Assembly: GCA_041601795.1 (NCBI GenBank)
Contig: JBFIHK010000001.1
Location: forward strand, 1-48,369
Source: Minisyncoccia bacterium
GTDB taxonomy: Bacteria; Patescibacteriota; Minisyncoccia; Phycocordibacterales; XYD1-FULL-46-19
DNA length: 48,369 nucleotides
Direction of reading: 5' to 3'
Made by a program: the position numbers and the translations under genes. Below are positions 26,701 through 36,040 of the stretch, piece by piece. A model generated the notes under the pieces. The model had not been told where the DNA came from. It did no database searches and saw nothing but the letters and a program-made list of their open reading frames with translations. Position 1 is the first letter of the stretch. Every line of letters begins with the position of its first letter.

Positions 26701-26806
26701 GCCAAATGGAAAACACCCCAAAAATAACCACCAAAATTATTAAAATATAAGTCACACGATAGTGCTTCAAGAAAAAATCCCAAAAATTATTTTGATGAAT
26801 TCCCAT
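23732..26806 (-). CDS. RND family efflux transporter permease (AcrB/AcrD/AcrF-type)
   Basis: 1024 aa, 12-TM topology with two large extracytoplasmic loops. N-terminus FFLKHYRVTYILIILVVIFG is typical. Confidence 0.9.
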   Translation of the reverse strand: MGIHQNNFWDFFLKHYRVTYILIILVVIFGVFSIWQIPKESSPEVDVPIATVTTFLPGASSLEVENLVTSPIEKQIAKMEDLDTYTSSSRAGMSQVIVQFDINSDGDEQVSKLRDRLANIQVDLPSDVELPVIEKIRFTDQPIVVMTLSGQYSAEELIFYANTIESELEKIPFVSRVETIGAPQKELRVEIEKNRLDQYGLSVNEIVRSIQIANNNVPIGSIETAGEVFSLRLAGGLKTLTDLKQVPIKTSNGVPIVVNDLGQVVEVYNTGGSLSRLSILGKDPEPAITLSVYKTAGGDIIDIVNLVQLKIDKLKEVELPTDIDIVFIENWATLIKADLFSLIFSGLGTVAIILILLIVFLGLREALLASLVVPLTFSITFIFLGYLDYTINFLTLFSLILALGILVDSSIVVVESLYQKLGAGQSSIQAAHNTTAEFSLPLMSGTLTTILIFLPMLMTSGIIGKFIVSIPVTITIVLLSSLFVALGVLTTIGARFLRFKVEPAYPSKKYLSKKIDGYIKFIVFKYDELLGIVLLDKTKQKKMFKWLGGAFIIAIILPITGLVGVNMFPASNYDTFYIDLTKPIGTTLDDTNKSVVTLENILLQDNRLDTFLVRVGGNNNSHQANFTVKVNPSSPDKSLALIDEYNNKLSNILPAEVVVRGLEDGPPQGSPVTININGESIESVEAVAQNYIQILRTIPGTQNVRLSSPESNGDFVLEVDKIRASIYGVSAIDVASLLRTVTTGTTATVIKDGQTDIDVVVSYLNVHNGSNLGVAPRISLATIEGLTINTLFGPVPLSTFTTIRLTNSRSVIEHEDGQRQIKVLADVEKGVTPREIVANFNKARENLDLPPSISVNFGGEQEDIAESFTDMGKAMILGMFLIYALLVWQFQSFKQPFYIMTSIPLSLIGVMVGLFVVRLPLSFPGFIGVVALAGIVVNNAIILIDRINKDRQKGLSKTEAVKEATKTRFRPIMLTTVTTVLGILPLALSSETWGPLAYSIVFGLSFSTILTLFLIPVLYNRFEK

Positions 26807-28523
26807 TTTTATTAGTCTCTATTTTTACCAAATCACCTTCTGTTAAACCTCTAACTGAAGCTACTATTTTATCAACACCATCTAAACCACTTACAATTTC
26901 TATTTGATCTCCTTCAACTGCTCCTTTTACCACGGGTACGGATGATATTCTATTATTTTTATTGACTACAAAAACACTTGCTCCAACAGGGTTCAACTTA
27001 ACCGCTTTAATAGGTAAATAAACAACAGCTTCTAAGCCACCTCTAATCTCATTATTTTCCCCATTAGAGTTGGTCTCTATTTGAACTGTCACATACTCTC
27101 CTATGACCAAATCGTTGACTATGTTATCAGTTAAAGTTACACCTAACTCTACTTTTTGAGTAACTGGATCTACCCCAGGTGACATTTTAAAAACAGCTCC
27201 TTGATATCTTCCATCTATCACTACTTTATTACCAATATCCACTTTCTTGATATCTTGACTTGAAATATAAGTTTTAATTTGAATATTGTTTTGATCAGCC
27301 ACTAAAGCGATCAACTGCCCTGGACTAACATATTCTCCGATCCGCACAGGTAACGTCACCACCGAACCAGACACTGGAGCCCGTAACACAGTTTTACTAG
27401 CCCCTGCTCCAGAACTGGCTAAATTAGCTTCAGCTTGACTAATTGCATTACGTTGTAAATTTAATTCCTCTATAGTCGGTGGGGCAGTATTTAATTTTAA
27501 CTGTTCCTCTGCTAAGACCAAAGAGCGTCTAGCATTACTCAAGCCTTGATTGGTATTTCTTAGGTTAGTTAAAGCTGTATTTATTTTAGTTAAAGCAGTT
27601 GAGATTGAATTTTGATAAGAGGCGTATATATTCTGACCTGCCACATCACTGGCCATGTAATCATTTACAACTTCAGACAAATCTAAACCTAATTTTTGAG
27701 CCAAAGTTAAATCAGATATCATTTTAGCAACCAAAACATCAACTTCTTTATTTGATTTATGATTTAATTCTACTGCCCAATCTTCAAGAACACCATTTAA
27801 CTGTCGTCGTCTGCCATTTAAATTATAATTAAAAGAATCACGAGAATTACCAATATAATAAGTGATTCCAACACTACTAGAAATACTAACACCGAAACTC
27901 GGTGAAGAAGTAGGATTACTATAAAGTAAATCTATATTAGCTCTTAAAGCTTGTTGTAGGTCGCTGTAAGCTACATTTAAAGCATTCCAAACGGATTCTT
28001 CCGCATTTAAAACAGCACCCTCCGCTTGGCTAATTTGAGCTTCAAAAACAGCCCGACCTTCGGCTCGAACACCTTTTTCTAACTGAGACAATTTAATCTT
28101 TTCTCTTTCCACTGATGCCCTAGCAGAAGCAACCCCCGCTGTTAAATCAGCATTTTTTAGAATCACTAAGATCTGACCTGCCTGAACAAAATCTCCTATT
28201 TTAACATGTATGCTAGCTACGGGGGCCGAGTACTCAGCCTTAACTTCAGCCTGACTACTAGATTCTACTTCACCAGTTGTTTCTATTTTTCCATTTAAGG
28301 TTTGATCTATACTACCAACAGTGATTAAAGAAACGATTTTACCACTTGATCCATCTTGTTCCTGATCATTGTTTTGGCCACCAAAAGCATAGGTCAAAGA
28401 AACTCCTCCGATTAAAATAAGAAAAACTAAAATCAATGATGATTTTTTATTCTGACTGAAACCTAATTTAATTCGATTTAAATAATTTTTAATTTTTAAC
28501 ATAAATATTTTAAAAAATCCCAT
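26787..28523 (-). CDS. HlyD/membrane-fusion-type efflux adaptor, long form
   Basis: 578 aa. N-terminal anchor, lipoyl-like halves (GDFVQAGQILV ... GEYVSPGQLIA) around a very long coiled coil. Overlaps the RND gene start by 20 nt. Confidence 0.8.
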   Translation of the reverse strand: MGFFKIFMLKIKNYLNRIKLGFSQNKKSSLILVFLILIGGVSLTYAFGGQNNDQEQDGSSGKIVSLITVGSIDQTLNGKIETTGEVESSSQAEVKAEYSAPVASIHVKIGDFVQAGQILVILKNADLTAGVASARASVEREKIKLSQLEKGVRAEGRAVFEAQISQAEGAVLNAEESVWNALNVAYSDLQQALRANIDLLYSNPTSSPSFGVSISSSVGITYYIGNSRDSFNYNLNGRRRQLNGVLEDWAVELNHKSNKEVDVLVAKMISDLTLAQKLGLDLSEVVNDYMASDVAGQNIYASYQNSISTALTKINTALTNLRNTNQGLSNARRSLVLAEEQLKLNTAPPTIEELNLQRNAISQAEANLASSGAGASKTVLRAPVSGSVVTLPVRIGEYVSPGQLIALVADQNNIQIKTYISSQDIKKVDIGNKVVIDGRYQGAVFKMSPGVDPVTQKVELGVTLTDNIVNDLVIGEYVTVQIETNSNGENNEIRGGLEAVVYLPIKAVKLNPVGASVFVVNKNNRISSVPVVKGAVEGDQIEIVSGLDGVDKIVASVRGLTEGDLVKIETNKNGNSSK

Positions 28524-28585
28524 AGTTAAAACGCGATGATTATATCACACATATTGAACTTTTACAATATTAGAGAAATCTAATT

Positions 28586-30367
28586 TTAAGTAGTTCTTTT
28601 AGCTTTACTTCTAGCTGCTTCTGTTAAATATTTTTTTCGTAAACGCACACTTTTGGGTGTAACTTCTAAATATTCATCATCAGACATGACTTCTAAACCT
28701 CTTTCTATATCTATAGGTGTAGCTGGAGTTAAATAAGATTTTTCATCAGCCCCCGACGAACGCATATTGGTCAATTGTTTACCTTTAGTGGGGTTAACCA
28801 TCATCTCTTCGCCTTTAGCGGTATTACCTATAACCATTCCTTCATACACCTCAACTCCAGCATCAATATATAAAGTTCCCCGAGTTTGCAAGTTAGCCAA
28901 AGCAAAAGCCAGGGCTTTGCCCGAAGCCATAGAAGTCATAGACCCAACCACTCTTTTTTCTATCGCTCCAGCATAAGGCTTAAACCCAATCACTCTGCTG
29001 GCAAAAATACCTTCACCTTTAGTATCAACTATAAATTGCCCTCTGTAGCCAAGTAATCCTCGCGTTGGCCCCTCTAAAGTCATTCTAATAATACTGCCGT
29101 CTGTTTTCATATTCGTCATATGCACCCCTCTCTTGGCTAGCTTTTCAATCACTTGACCTTGGGCGGTACTAGGAATTTCTATAGTTACCTCTTCAAAAGG
29201 CTCGCTTTTGACCCCATCTATATCTTTAATAATCACCTGAGGCTGAGACACAGACATTTCATAACCCTCGCGACGCATATTTTCTAACAAAATAGCTATA
29301 TGCAATTCACCACGACCACTGACTTTCATACCATCCCCTTCAAAATCTACTTTTAATCCCACGTTTATTTCTAATTCTTTAACTAATCTCTCCCTAATTT
29401 GACGACTAGTAACATATTTACCCTCACGTCCTCCAAAGGGAGAATCATTAACTAAAAAGTCTAAGGAAATAGTTGGTTCATCTACTGCAATTACAGGTAA
29501 CATATCAGTGCTTTCGTTATCAGTTAAAGTGTCTCCAATATAGACATCTGTTAACCCAGCTACCATAGCTATATCGCCAGCTTCTACTGTCTCTACTTCA
29601 GTTCTTTTAGTACCCAAAAAAGTAAACAATTTTGTTACCTTACTATTTTCTATCTGACCGGATGGTTTTTTAATAAAAACTTTATCACCCATTTTTATTA
29701 CTCCTTCATAAATTCTAACAATAGCCAAGCGGCCCAAAAAATTATCGTAGCCCAAATTAAAAGGTTGGGCTTTTAATGTTGTTTCTATCACTTGAGGCGC
29801 CTTAGGTACATTCTCCAAAATAGTATCCAATAATGGCTCCATATTCACCTGCTTATCAGTTAAATTTTTCATCGCCACCCCATCTTTACCAATAGCATAA
29901 ACAGTCACAAAATCTAATTGATCTTCAGTCGCTCCTAAATCTAAAAACAATTCTAAAATTTCATCATGAACTCTGGCAGGACTGGCGGCTGGTTTATCTA
30001 TTTTATTTAAAACAACAATCGGTTTATGGCCTATTTCTAAAGATTTTTTAAGCACAAAACGAGTTTGAGGCATTGGCCCCTCTTGGGCATCTACCACAAG
30101 TAGCACCGAATCAATAGACCTTAATACTCGTTCTACTTCAGACCCAAAGTCAGCATGGCCTGGAGTGTCAACAATATTTATTTTTGTCCCCTTGTAAACA
30201 ACAGAGGTGTTTTTAGCATAAATAGTAATACCTCGCTCTTGCTCCAAGGCATTAGAGTCCATACTGGCTCCGTCTTCATTCATGCCGGTAGCCGACATTA
30301 AAGCATCGGTCAAAGTAGTTTTGCCGTGATCAACGTGAGCTATTATTGCAATGTTTCTAATATCCAT
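28586..30367 (-). CDS. typA: translational GTPase TypA/BipA
   Basis: 593 aa. [29 protein letters not shown] and BipA-type C-terminal domains. Confidence 0.95.
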   Translation of the reverse strand: MDIRNIAIIAHVDHGKTTLTDALMSATGMNEDGASMDSNALEQERGITIYAKNTSVVYKGTKINIVDTPGHADFGSEVERVLRSIDSVLLVVDAQEGPMPQTRFVLKKSLEIGHKPIVVLNKIDKPAASPARVHDEILELFLDLGATEDQLDFVTVYAIGKDGVAMKNLTDKQVNMEPLLDTILENVPKAPQVIETTLKAQPFNLGYDNFLGRLAIVRIYEGVIKMGDKVFIKKPSGQIENSKVTKLFTFLGTKRTEVETVEAGDIAMVAGLTDVYIGDTLTDNESTDMLPVIAVDEPTISLDFLVNDSPFGGREGKYVTSRQIRERLVKELEINVGLKVDFEGDGMKVSGRGELHIAILLENMRREGYEMSVSQPQVIIKDIDGVKSEPFEEVTIEIPSTAQGQVIEKLAKRGVHMTNMKTDGSIIRMTLEGPTRGLLGYRGQFIVDTKGEGIFASRVIGFKPYAGAIEKRVVGSMTSMASGKALAFALANLQTRGTLYIDAGVEVYEGMVIGNTAKGEEMMVNPTKGKQLTNMRSSGADEKSYLTPATPIDIERGLEVMSDDEYLEVTPKSVRLRKKYLTEAARSKAKRTT

Positions 30368-30511
30368 ATATTTATTAAGTCAAAAAAGAAAATGGCCAAA
30401 ACGGCCAAAATAATTTATATCATCATACAATACAAAGTTTTATATAGCAAGCAAATACTATAGGGGTAATATTTTGCTGCCCAGGGATTATTGCGTTAGA
30501 ATTAACTTAAT

Positions 30512-31711
30512 ATGAAAATTTTAATTATTGGTGGTGGTTTTGGTGGCTTATATACAGCTAAGTATTTAGACCAATTACTCAAGTCAGAACCTCTTATAGA
30601 AATCACTTTGGTTAACCAAACTAACTACTTTTTGTTTACCCCTCTTTTACATGAAGTGGCCACCGGTAGCTTATCGCCCTTAAGTATAGCTGAACCGATT
30701 AGAGAAATTTTAAGAGGTACTAAGGTAAAATTTATTCAAGCTACCGCTACTAGTGTAGATAAAAAAACTAAGCAAGTTTCAACCACTGCCGGCATTTTAG
30801 ATTACGATTATTTAGTTATTGCCACTGGCTCCAAAACAAATTTTTATCACCTAGACCAGACTAAAGTTTTTCAATTAAAAAATCTCCGCGATGCTGTTAA
30901 TTTAAAAAATCATTTAATAGACAAAATAGAATTAGCTACCACTAGCAAAAATGAAGACAAAAACAAACTCACTACTTTTGTCATTGTTGGAGGTGGAGCC
31001 ACCGGGGTCGAACTAGCAGCAGAGCTAGCTGGTTTTACTTGCCAAACAATGATAAAAAAATACTACCCCGCCGGTTCTGATTTAAGTCAAATTAAGATTT
31101 ATTTAATAAATAGTGGTCAGACTGTTTTACCCCACTTAAATCCTAAAATTCAACAAATAGCAACCACAAGCTTACTTAAAAAAGGTATTAACTTAAAACT
31201 AAACACTAAAGTAGAAGAAATAATAAATGACCAAGTAATTTTATCTTCGGGTGAAAAAATAACAACCGAAACTATTATCTGGACAGCTGGAGTTTTACCT
31301 CATCACCCCAATACAAATGACAATAAAAGAATTAGAGTTAATGATTTTCTACAAGACTTAGACTACCCAAATATTTTTGTTTTAGGTGATGTCGCTGGCC
31401 AGGTTGACCCCGCTCCCATGTTGGCACAAGTAGCCACCAAAGAAGCTACAATAGTAGCCAAAAATATTAAAGCTTTAATACATAAACAAACATTAACTGC
31501 CTTTAAATTTAAACCTCAGGGCATGTTAATTTCCCTAGGTACTTGGAATGCAGTGGGAGAAATTTGGGGCATAACCGTCTCTGGCCGATTTACTTGGTGG
31601 CTATGGCGAACTATTTATTTATCTAAATTCATGTCTTGGCGTAAACGTTTCCGTATTATGGCCGAGTGGACAGTTAATTTATTTTTTCCTCGAGATATTA
31701 CTAAAATTTAA
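30512..31711 (+). CDS. ndh: type II NADH dehydrogenase / FAD-dependent pyridine nucleotide-disulfide oxidoreductase
   Basis: 399 aa. Two Rossmann motifs IIGGGFGG and VGGGATGVE. Confidence 0.85.
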   Translation: MKILIIGGGFGGLYTAKYLDQLLKSEPLIEITLVNQTNYFLFTPLLHEVATGSLSPLSIAEPIREILRGTKVKFIQATATSVDKKTKQVSTTAGILDYDYLVIATGSKTNFYHLDQTKVFQLKNLRDAVNLKNHLIDKIELATTSKNEDKNKLTTFVIVGGGATGVELAAELAGFTCQTMIKKYYPAGSDLSQIKIYLINSGQTVLPHLNPKIQQIATTSLLKKGINLKLNTKVEEIINDQVILSSGEKITTETIIWTAGVLPHHPNTNDNKRIRVNDFLQDLDYPNIFVLGDVAGQVDPAPMLAQVATKEATIVAKNIKALIHKQTLTAFKFKPQGMLISLGTWNAVGEIWGITVSGRFTWWLWRTIYLSKFMSWRKRFRIMAEWTVNLFFPRDITKI

Positions 31712-31738
31712 AAAACAGGACTTAAGTCCTGTTTTTTA
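31712..31738. terminator. bidirectional hairpin terminator
   Basis: ACAGGAC-ttaa-GTCCTGT flanked by A and T runs, between convergent ndh and the MscS gene. Confidence 0.75.
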
Positions 31739-31751
31739 AAGAGGTTAAATT

Positions 31752-32666
31752 TTATTTAACTTGATGTATCATCCTCTGCGGAAAAGGAATTTCTATGCCA
31801 GCTTTATCGAAAGCAATTTTCAACCTCTTGCGCAATTCACCTGCCACCGCCCACTGTTCTATTGGCTTAGTGTCACCTAAAATTTTTATAACAACAGCTG
31901 AATCTGCAAATTCTTCGACTCGGATAAATTTTGGTGGCTCTATTATTTTATTAGCCCACATTTTGTCTTCGGCTAAATTCTTACCAACTTCATTGACCAC
32001 TTGTTCCACTTGTTCTAAATCAGCTGTATAAGAGACGCCAATATTTAAGTTAACTCGAGCAAACTTTTTAGATAGATTGGCTACCTTAGTTATTTCTCCA
32101 TGAGGTATATGATGAACAGTACCATCTAAGTCTCGCATAGTAGTAGCCCTTAAACTTAAAGTCTCCACCAAACCACAAGTGTCCCCAAAACAAACCACAT
32201 CACCTACTCGATATTGGTTTTCTAAAATAATAAATAAACCTGAAATCAAATCTCTAATTAAATACTGCCCTCCAAAACCAATGGCTACCCCAGCTACTCC
32301 AGCAGCTGCTAATAAGGGCCCGATCGCTACTCCTATTTCTGATAACACCATCAAAGTAGCTAGTACAATGATTAACACCCCGACCGTTCTAGTGGCCACT
32401 TCAATTAAAGTATTTTCTCTTTTTTCTTCTGCTTGTCTACCTCCTTCCCCTTCAAGAATCAACCTTCTTACTACTTTATCTATAACTTTTCTAGCTGAAA
32501 TATGGGCCAAGTAGGCCAAACTAACTATCAATAAAACTGCCACCCCGTGGCTAAAAAACCAAGTCACAAGAATATTTTGAATATAATTTATATCAAACAT
32601 CATCGAACCCATTGTAACCCACATTAACCAAGTGGCCAAATATATTTTTTTATTTGACAAATCCAC
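31752..32666 (-). CDS. small-conductance mechanosensitive channel (MscS family)
   Basis: 304 aa, GTG start. TM3-like Gly/Ala-rich helix, then YRVGDVV...GLVETLSLRATTMRDLDGTVHHIPHG. Confidence 0.85.
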   Translation of the reverse strand: MDLSNKKIYLATWLMWVTMGSMMFDINYIQNILVTWFFSHGVAVLLIVSLAYLAHISARKVIDKVVRRLILEGEGGRQAEEKRENTLIEVATRTVGVLIIVLATLMVLSEIGVAIGPLLAAAGVAGVAIGFGGQYLIRDLISGLFIILENQYRVGDVVCFGDTCGLVETLSLRATTMRDLDGTVHHIPHGEITKVANLSKKFARVNLNIGVSYTADLEQVEQVVNEVGKNLAEDKMWANKIIEPPKFIRVEEFADSAVVIKILGDTKPIEQWAVAGELRKRLKIAFDKAGIEIPFPQRMIHQVK

Positions 32667-32812
32667 CTCTATATATTACTATAAACAAACGCTTTAGATA
32701 CTCGTGTAGGGCTCTCAAGCTGCAAACGCTTAAAAACTTACAGTAACGTTTGGAATTATTACCTGCACTTGGCCCAGAAACACTAAATAGTTTCTCTAAT
32801 TAAAATATAATA

Positions 32813-34075
32813 ATGACTTATACAATGAACCGACACAGTCGGGGTGGATCTAGTTCACGCCCGAATTCTAATCGATCTTTTTCTACTAGACGAACCAGAG
32901 TAGGCGGTGGATCTACTAGATATCAAAATAACCGCCCTAACAATCGTCGAGGTGGACGTAAAATGCCCACTTTTAACCCAGCTCAGTTTATAAACAAAAA
33001 CCCAGTTGACGCTAAAGTTGAAATTTACACCCCTAAAAACACTTTTAAAACTTTTGGTTTTAATGAAAAATTAGTTAAAACCTTAACTTCTTTAGGTTTA
33101 GTTACCCCGTCTCCTATTCAAGATAAAATCATACCAGAAATTTTAAATGGCCATGATGTTATTGGTATTGCTGAAACCGGCACCGGTAAAACAGCCGCTT
33201 TTTTACTACCTTTAATCGAAAAAACTTTAACCGATTCCAAACGCCAAACTTTAATCTTAACTCCAACTAGAGAACTGGCTCTACAAATAGAAAACGAACT
33301 CCGACTACTATCCCAAGGTTTGCGTATTTTTGGTACCACTTGTGTCGGTGGTATTAATATTAGACCCCAAATAAGGGCTTTGAGTCGTCATAATCATTTT
33401 GTTATTGGTACTCCAGGACGAGTTTTAGATTTAATTAATCGTGGTTGTTTCAAAACTCAAAACGTCACTTCAGTGGTTTTAGATGAAGCTGACCGCATGT
33501 TAGACATGGGCTTTATTAATGACATTAGAACTATTTTAAGCTCTACCCCAAAAGACAGAGAGACACTCTTTTTCTCCGCCACTACCAGCAAACAAACAGA
33601 TGCTTTAACTAAAGACTTTCTACGCGAGCCAGTAACTATTTCCGTCAAGAAAAAAGATGTCACCAATAGTATTGAACAAGATGTAGTCCCTCATGGTCCA
33701 GATAATAAACTAGAGACTTTGATCGATCTTTTTTCTAATCTAGACTTAAAAAGAGTAATCATTTTTGGTGCTATGAAACATGGTGTAGAAAAATTGTCCG
33801 AAGAACTATCTAGACATAATATCAAAGCTGATTCTATTCATGGCAACAAAAACCATACTCAAAGACAAAGAGCTTTGCGCGAATTCAAAAATGGCAACAC
33901 TAGAGTTTTAGTAGCTACTGATGTCGCCGCCAGAGGTATTCATGTCGACAATGTCTCCCACGTTATCAACTACGACTTACCAAATACCTTTGAAGACTAT
34001 GTTCACCGTATTGGTCGCACCGGCCGAGGCGACAAATTTGGTAAAGCTCTAACTTTCGTACCTAAAACTAGATAA
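32813..34075 (+). CDS. DEAD-box ATP-dependent RNA helicase with Arg/Asn/Ser-rich N-terminal extension
   Basis: 420 aa. Q-motif region, AETGTGKT, DEAD, SAT and HRIGRTGR. Confidence 0.9.
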   Translation: MTYTMNRHSRGGSSSRPNSNRSFSTRRTRVGGGSTRYQNNRPNNRRGGRKMPTFNPAQFINKNPVDAKVEIYTPKNTFKTFGFNEKLVKTLTSLGLVTPSPIQDKIIPEILNGHDVIGIAETGTGKTAAFLLPLIEKTLTDSKRQTLILTPTRELALQIENELRLLSQGLRIFGTTCVGGINIRPQIRALSRHNHFVIGTPGRVLDLINRGCFKTQNVTSVVLDEADRMLDMGFINDIRTILSSTPKDRETLFFSATTSKQTDALTKDFLREPVTISVKKKDVTNSIEQDVVPHGPDNKLETLIDLFSNLDLKRVIIFGAMKHGVEKLSEELSRHNIKADSIHGNKNHTQRQRALREFKNGNTRVLVATDVAARGIHVDNVSHVINYDLPNTFEDYVHRIGRTGRGDKFGKALTFVPKTR

Positions 34076-34084
34076 TTTATTAAA

Positions 34085-34112
34085 AAATAAGCCCATTAAA
34101 TTGGGCTTATTT
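34085..34112. terminator. hairpin terminator between convergent genes
   Basis: AAGCCCA-ttaaat-TGGGCTT with an A-run before and a T-rich tract after. Confidence 0.6.
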
Positions 34113-34134
34113 ACTTTTCAGTCATATCAACGCT

Positions 34135-34524
34135 CTACATAAAGTAAGCAAACCAAGTTAAATATAAGCCCACAAATAAAACAACACCCCCAACAATAGA
34201 TACAGCTTTTGTAGTAGCAAACCAGTCGCCAACTTTATTAGCTAGTTGTGGCTTTACTACCAAAATAATACCTTTCAAAAGCATGGCCCACCCCAAAAAG
34301 CTAATTATTATCTGAGGTAAAGAGTTCCAAACATTGTGAACCCCCACCTGAACTATACCCAAAGACAAAGTTAGAAAACCAAAACACAAAACAGCCAAGG
34401 TCTCCTTTTCTAAATCACGATAAATTTTTAAATAATACTCACGACTAAGAAAAATACCCAAACTCATAGCTACAAATATTGGCCCCCATATTTGAGCCAA
34501 AAATATAGTAATAGGATCAATCAT
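34135..34524 (-). CDS. hypothetical 4-TM membrane protein
   Basis: 129-aa hydrophobic ORF. Confidence 0.55.
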   Translation of the reverse strand: MIDPITIFLAQIWGPIFVAMSLGIFLSREYYLKIYRDLEKETLAVLCFGFLTLSLGIVQVGVHNVWNSLPQIIISFLGWAMLLKGIILVVKPQLANKVGDWFATTKAVSIVGGVVLFVGLYLTWFAYFM

Positions 34525-34727
34525 ATTTTTTAAATTAAACTTATAATAGACTTTTATCCTCTAATCTAATTTTAACAAAGTTTATAGCAGACGTAGAGCA
34601 AGCAAAGTGCACAAGTGTTTTTTTCTTCTAAAATAAAAGCTAGTGGATATTTTTAATTTAAAAAACTTTATTACAAAACTTCTATGTTATAATTTGATTA
34701 TTAGGCTTACTAACTAAATTTTTATTT

Positions 34728-35120
34728 ATGGATATTATTCTACTTATCGGCCGAGTGTTTTTTGGTGGTTTTTTCTTTCTTTCTGGACTTAATCACTTTA
34801 AGCATTTAACAAATATGACCTCTTACGCTAGAAGTCAAAAAGTGCCCGCACCGAAACTAGCAGTTATTGGCACTGGCCTGTTATTACTTTTAGGTGGTTT
34901 AGGAATTATTTTAGGTGTTTACGTTAATCTATCTCTTATCTTTATCACTATTTTCTTTGTGTTCGTCACTCCTAAAATGCACCCTTTTTGGCGAGAAGTT
35001 GACCCCGCTAAAAAAGCGGTCGAAAAAAGAGACTTCATGAAAAATATAGCCCTTCTAGGAGCTACTATTATGCTTTATGTTTTAACTTCTTCACCTTGGG
35101 CTTATAGTTTAATGTTTTAG
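34728..35120 (+). CDS. DoxX family membrane protein
   Basis: 130 aa. LLIGRVFFGGFFFLSGLNHF N-terminal DoxX signature, 4 TM. Confidence 0.8.
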   Translation: MDIILLIGRVFFGGFFFLSGLNHFKHLTNMTSYARSQKVPAPKLAVIGTGLLLLLGGLGIILGVYVNLSLIFITIFFVFVTPKMHPFWREVDPAKKAVEKRDFMKNIALLGATIMLYVLTSSPWAYSLMF

Positions 35121-35137
35121 AACCCAATAACTAATTT

Positions 35138-36040
35138 TTATTTATAAAGTTCTAACACAGCCTTAACGCCAGCTAAATTTTTAGCCCACTCCACTTTCTC
35201 ATGGGTGGTTAATTCTACGGTTACTGCTGATATACCAATAGTCGAAAGCCATCCTTCCATGTCGCCTGTGATTTCATAATGGTCGAAACTTTCTACTGCG
35301 GGGTAACCAGAAGCCTTACTATAAGTGTTCATTAAAGCTCTAGTTCCAGTAGAAATACCAGCCCCACATTCGGCCGCATAAACAGCATTAGACTGGCTAT
35401 GCCAAGACACTACCGCACTTAGGTCATTGGTTAAAACAAAGTTTCGTATAGCTTTAGCCTCTGGTTCAGAAAATGGAGCGGTTCCAGCGTCCACCACCTT
35501 CGAACGCCAAGTACTTTCTGGTTGCCACCTGCAGTCAAAGTTACGATTTAGATCTACATTGTTAGCGTTAAAACGACCTCGTCCCGTACCGTCATCTGGT
35601 CCAGGCACATCAAAGGCGGTAAACCTACCCCCGATACCAACTACTTTAAACAAGCCATCTGGGTTAGCTACTGGAATAATAGATACTTTAACTCCAACTG
35701 GAATTAAGTCTGTGTTCGCATTAAAATAATCTATCATCATGAACGCCAGAAGTGAGCTGTTCCATTCATAGCCACCATGAACACCACCAATAAAAAGTAA
35801 GTGTTTGTCTCCTTCTCCAAAAGAATAAACTTCTATTGGTCGCCCTTCAACCGACAAACCTATAGTTTGAGCTTCCCCTTCTAGAGTTGTAACTTCTATT
35901 TCTTCCTCTAATACATTTTCCTCTTCACCCAATGGTAAAATAGACCAAGTAAAAGGGTTAAACGCAACCACTCCAACAGCTACCATTATTGCCCCCACTA
36001 CAAATACTCCAACGAGCAACTTTAAGCTTCTACTCGGCAT
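35138..36040 (-). CDS. exported M14-type zinc carboxypeptidase (catalytic residues present)
   Basis: 300 aa. Signal anchor, GGVHGGYEW, VDLNRNFDCRWQ, SWHSQS and VTVELT. Confidence 0.75.
   Translation of the reverse strand: MPSRSLKLLVGVFVVGAIMVAVGVVAFNPFTWSILPLGEEENVLEEEIEVTTLEGEAQTIGLSVEGRPIEVYSFGEGDKHLLFIGGVHGGYEWNSSLLAFMMIDYFNANTDLIPVGVKVSIIPVANPDGLFKVVGIGGRFTAFDVPGPDDGTGRGRFNANNVDLNRNFDCRWQPESTWRSKVVDAGTAPFSEPEAKAIRNFVLTNDLSAVVSWHSQSNAVYAAECGAGISTGTRALMNTYSKASGYPAVESFDHYEITGDMEGWLSTIGISAVTVELTTHEKVEWAKNLAGVKAVLELYK

Noticed and set aside
30394-30406. GGCCAAAACGGCC (tandem TTTTGGCC on the minus strand) upstream of typA.
   Set aside because: It is a short, isolated feature in a promoter-leader region, with no second copy or associated gene to suggest function.
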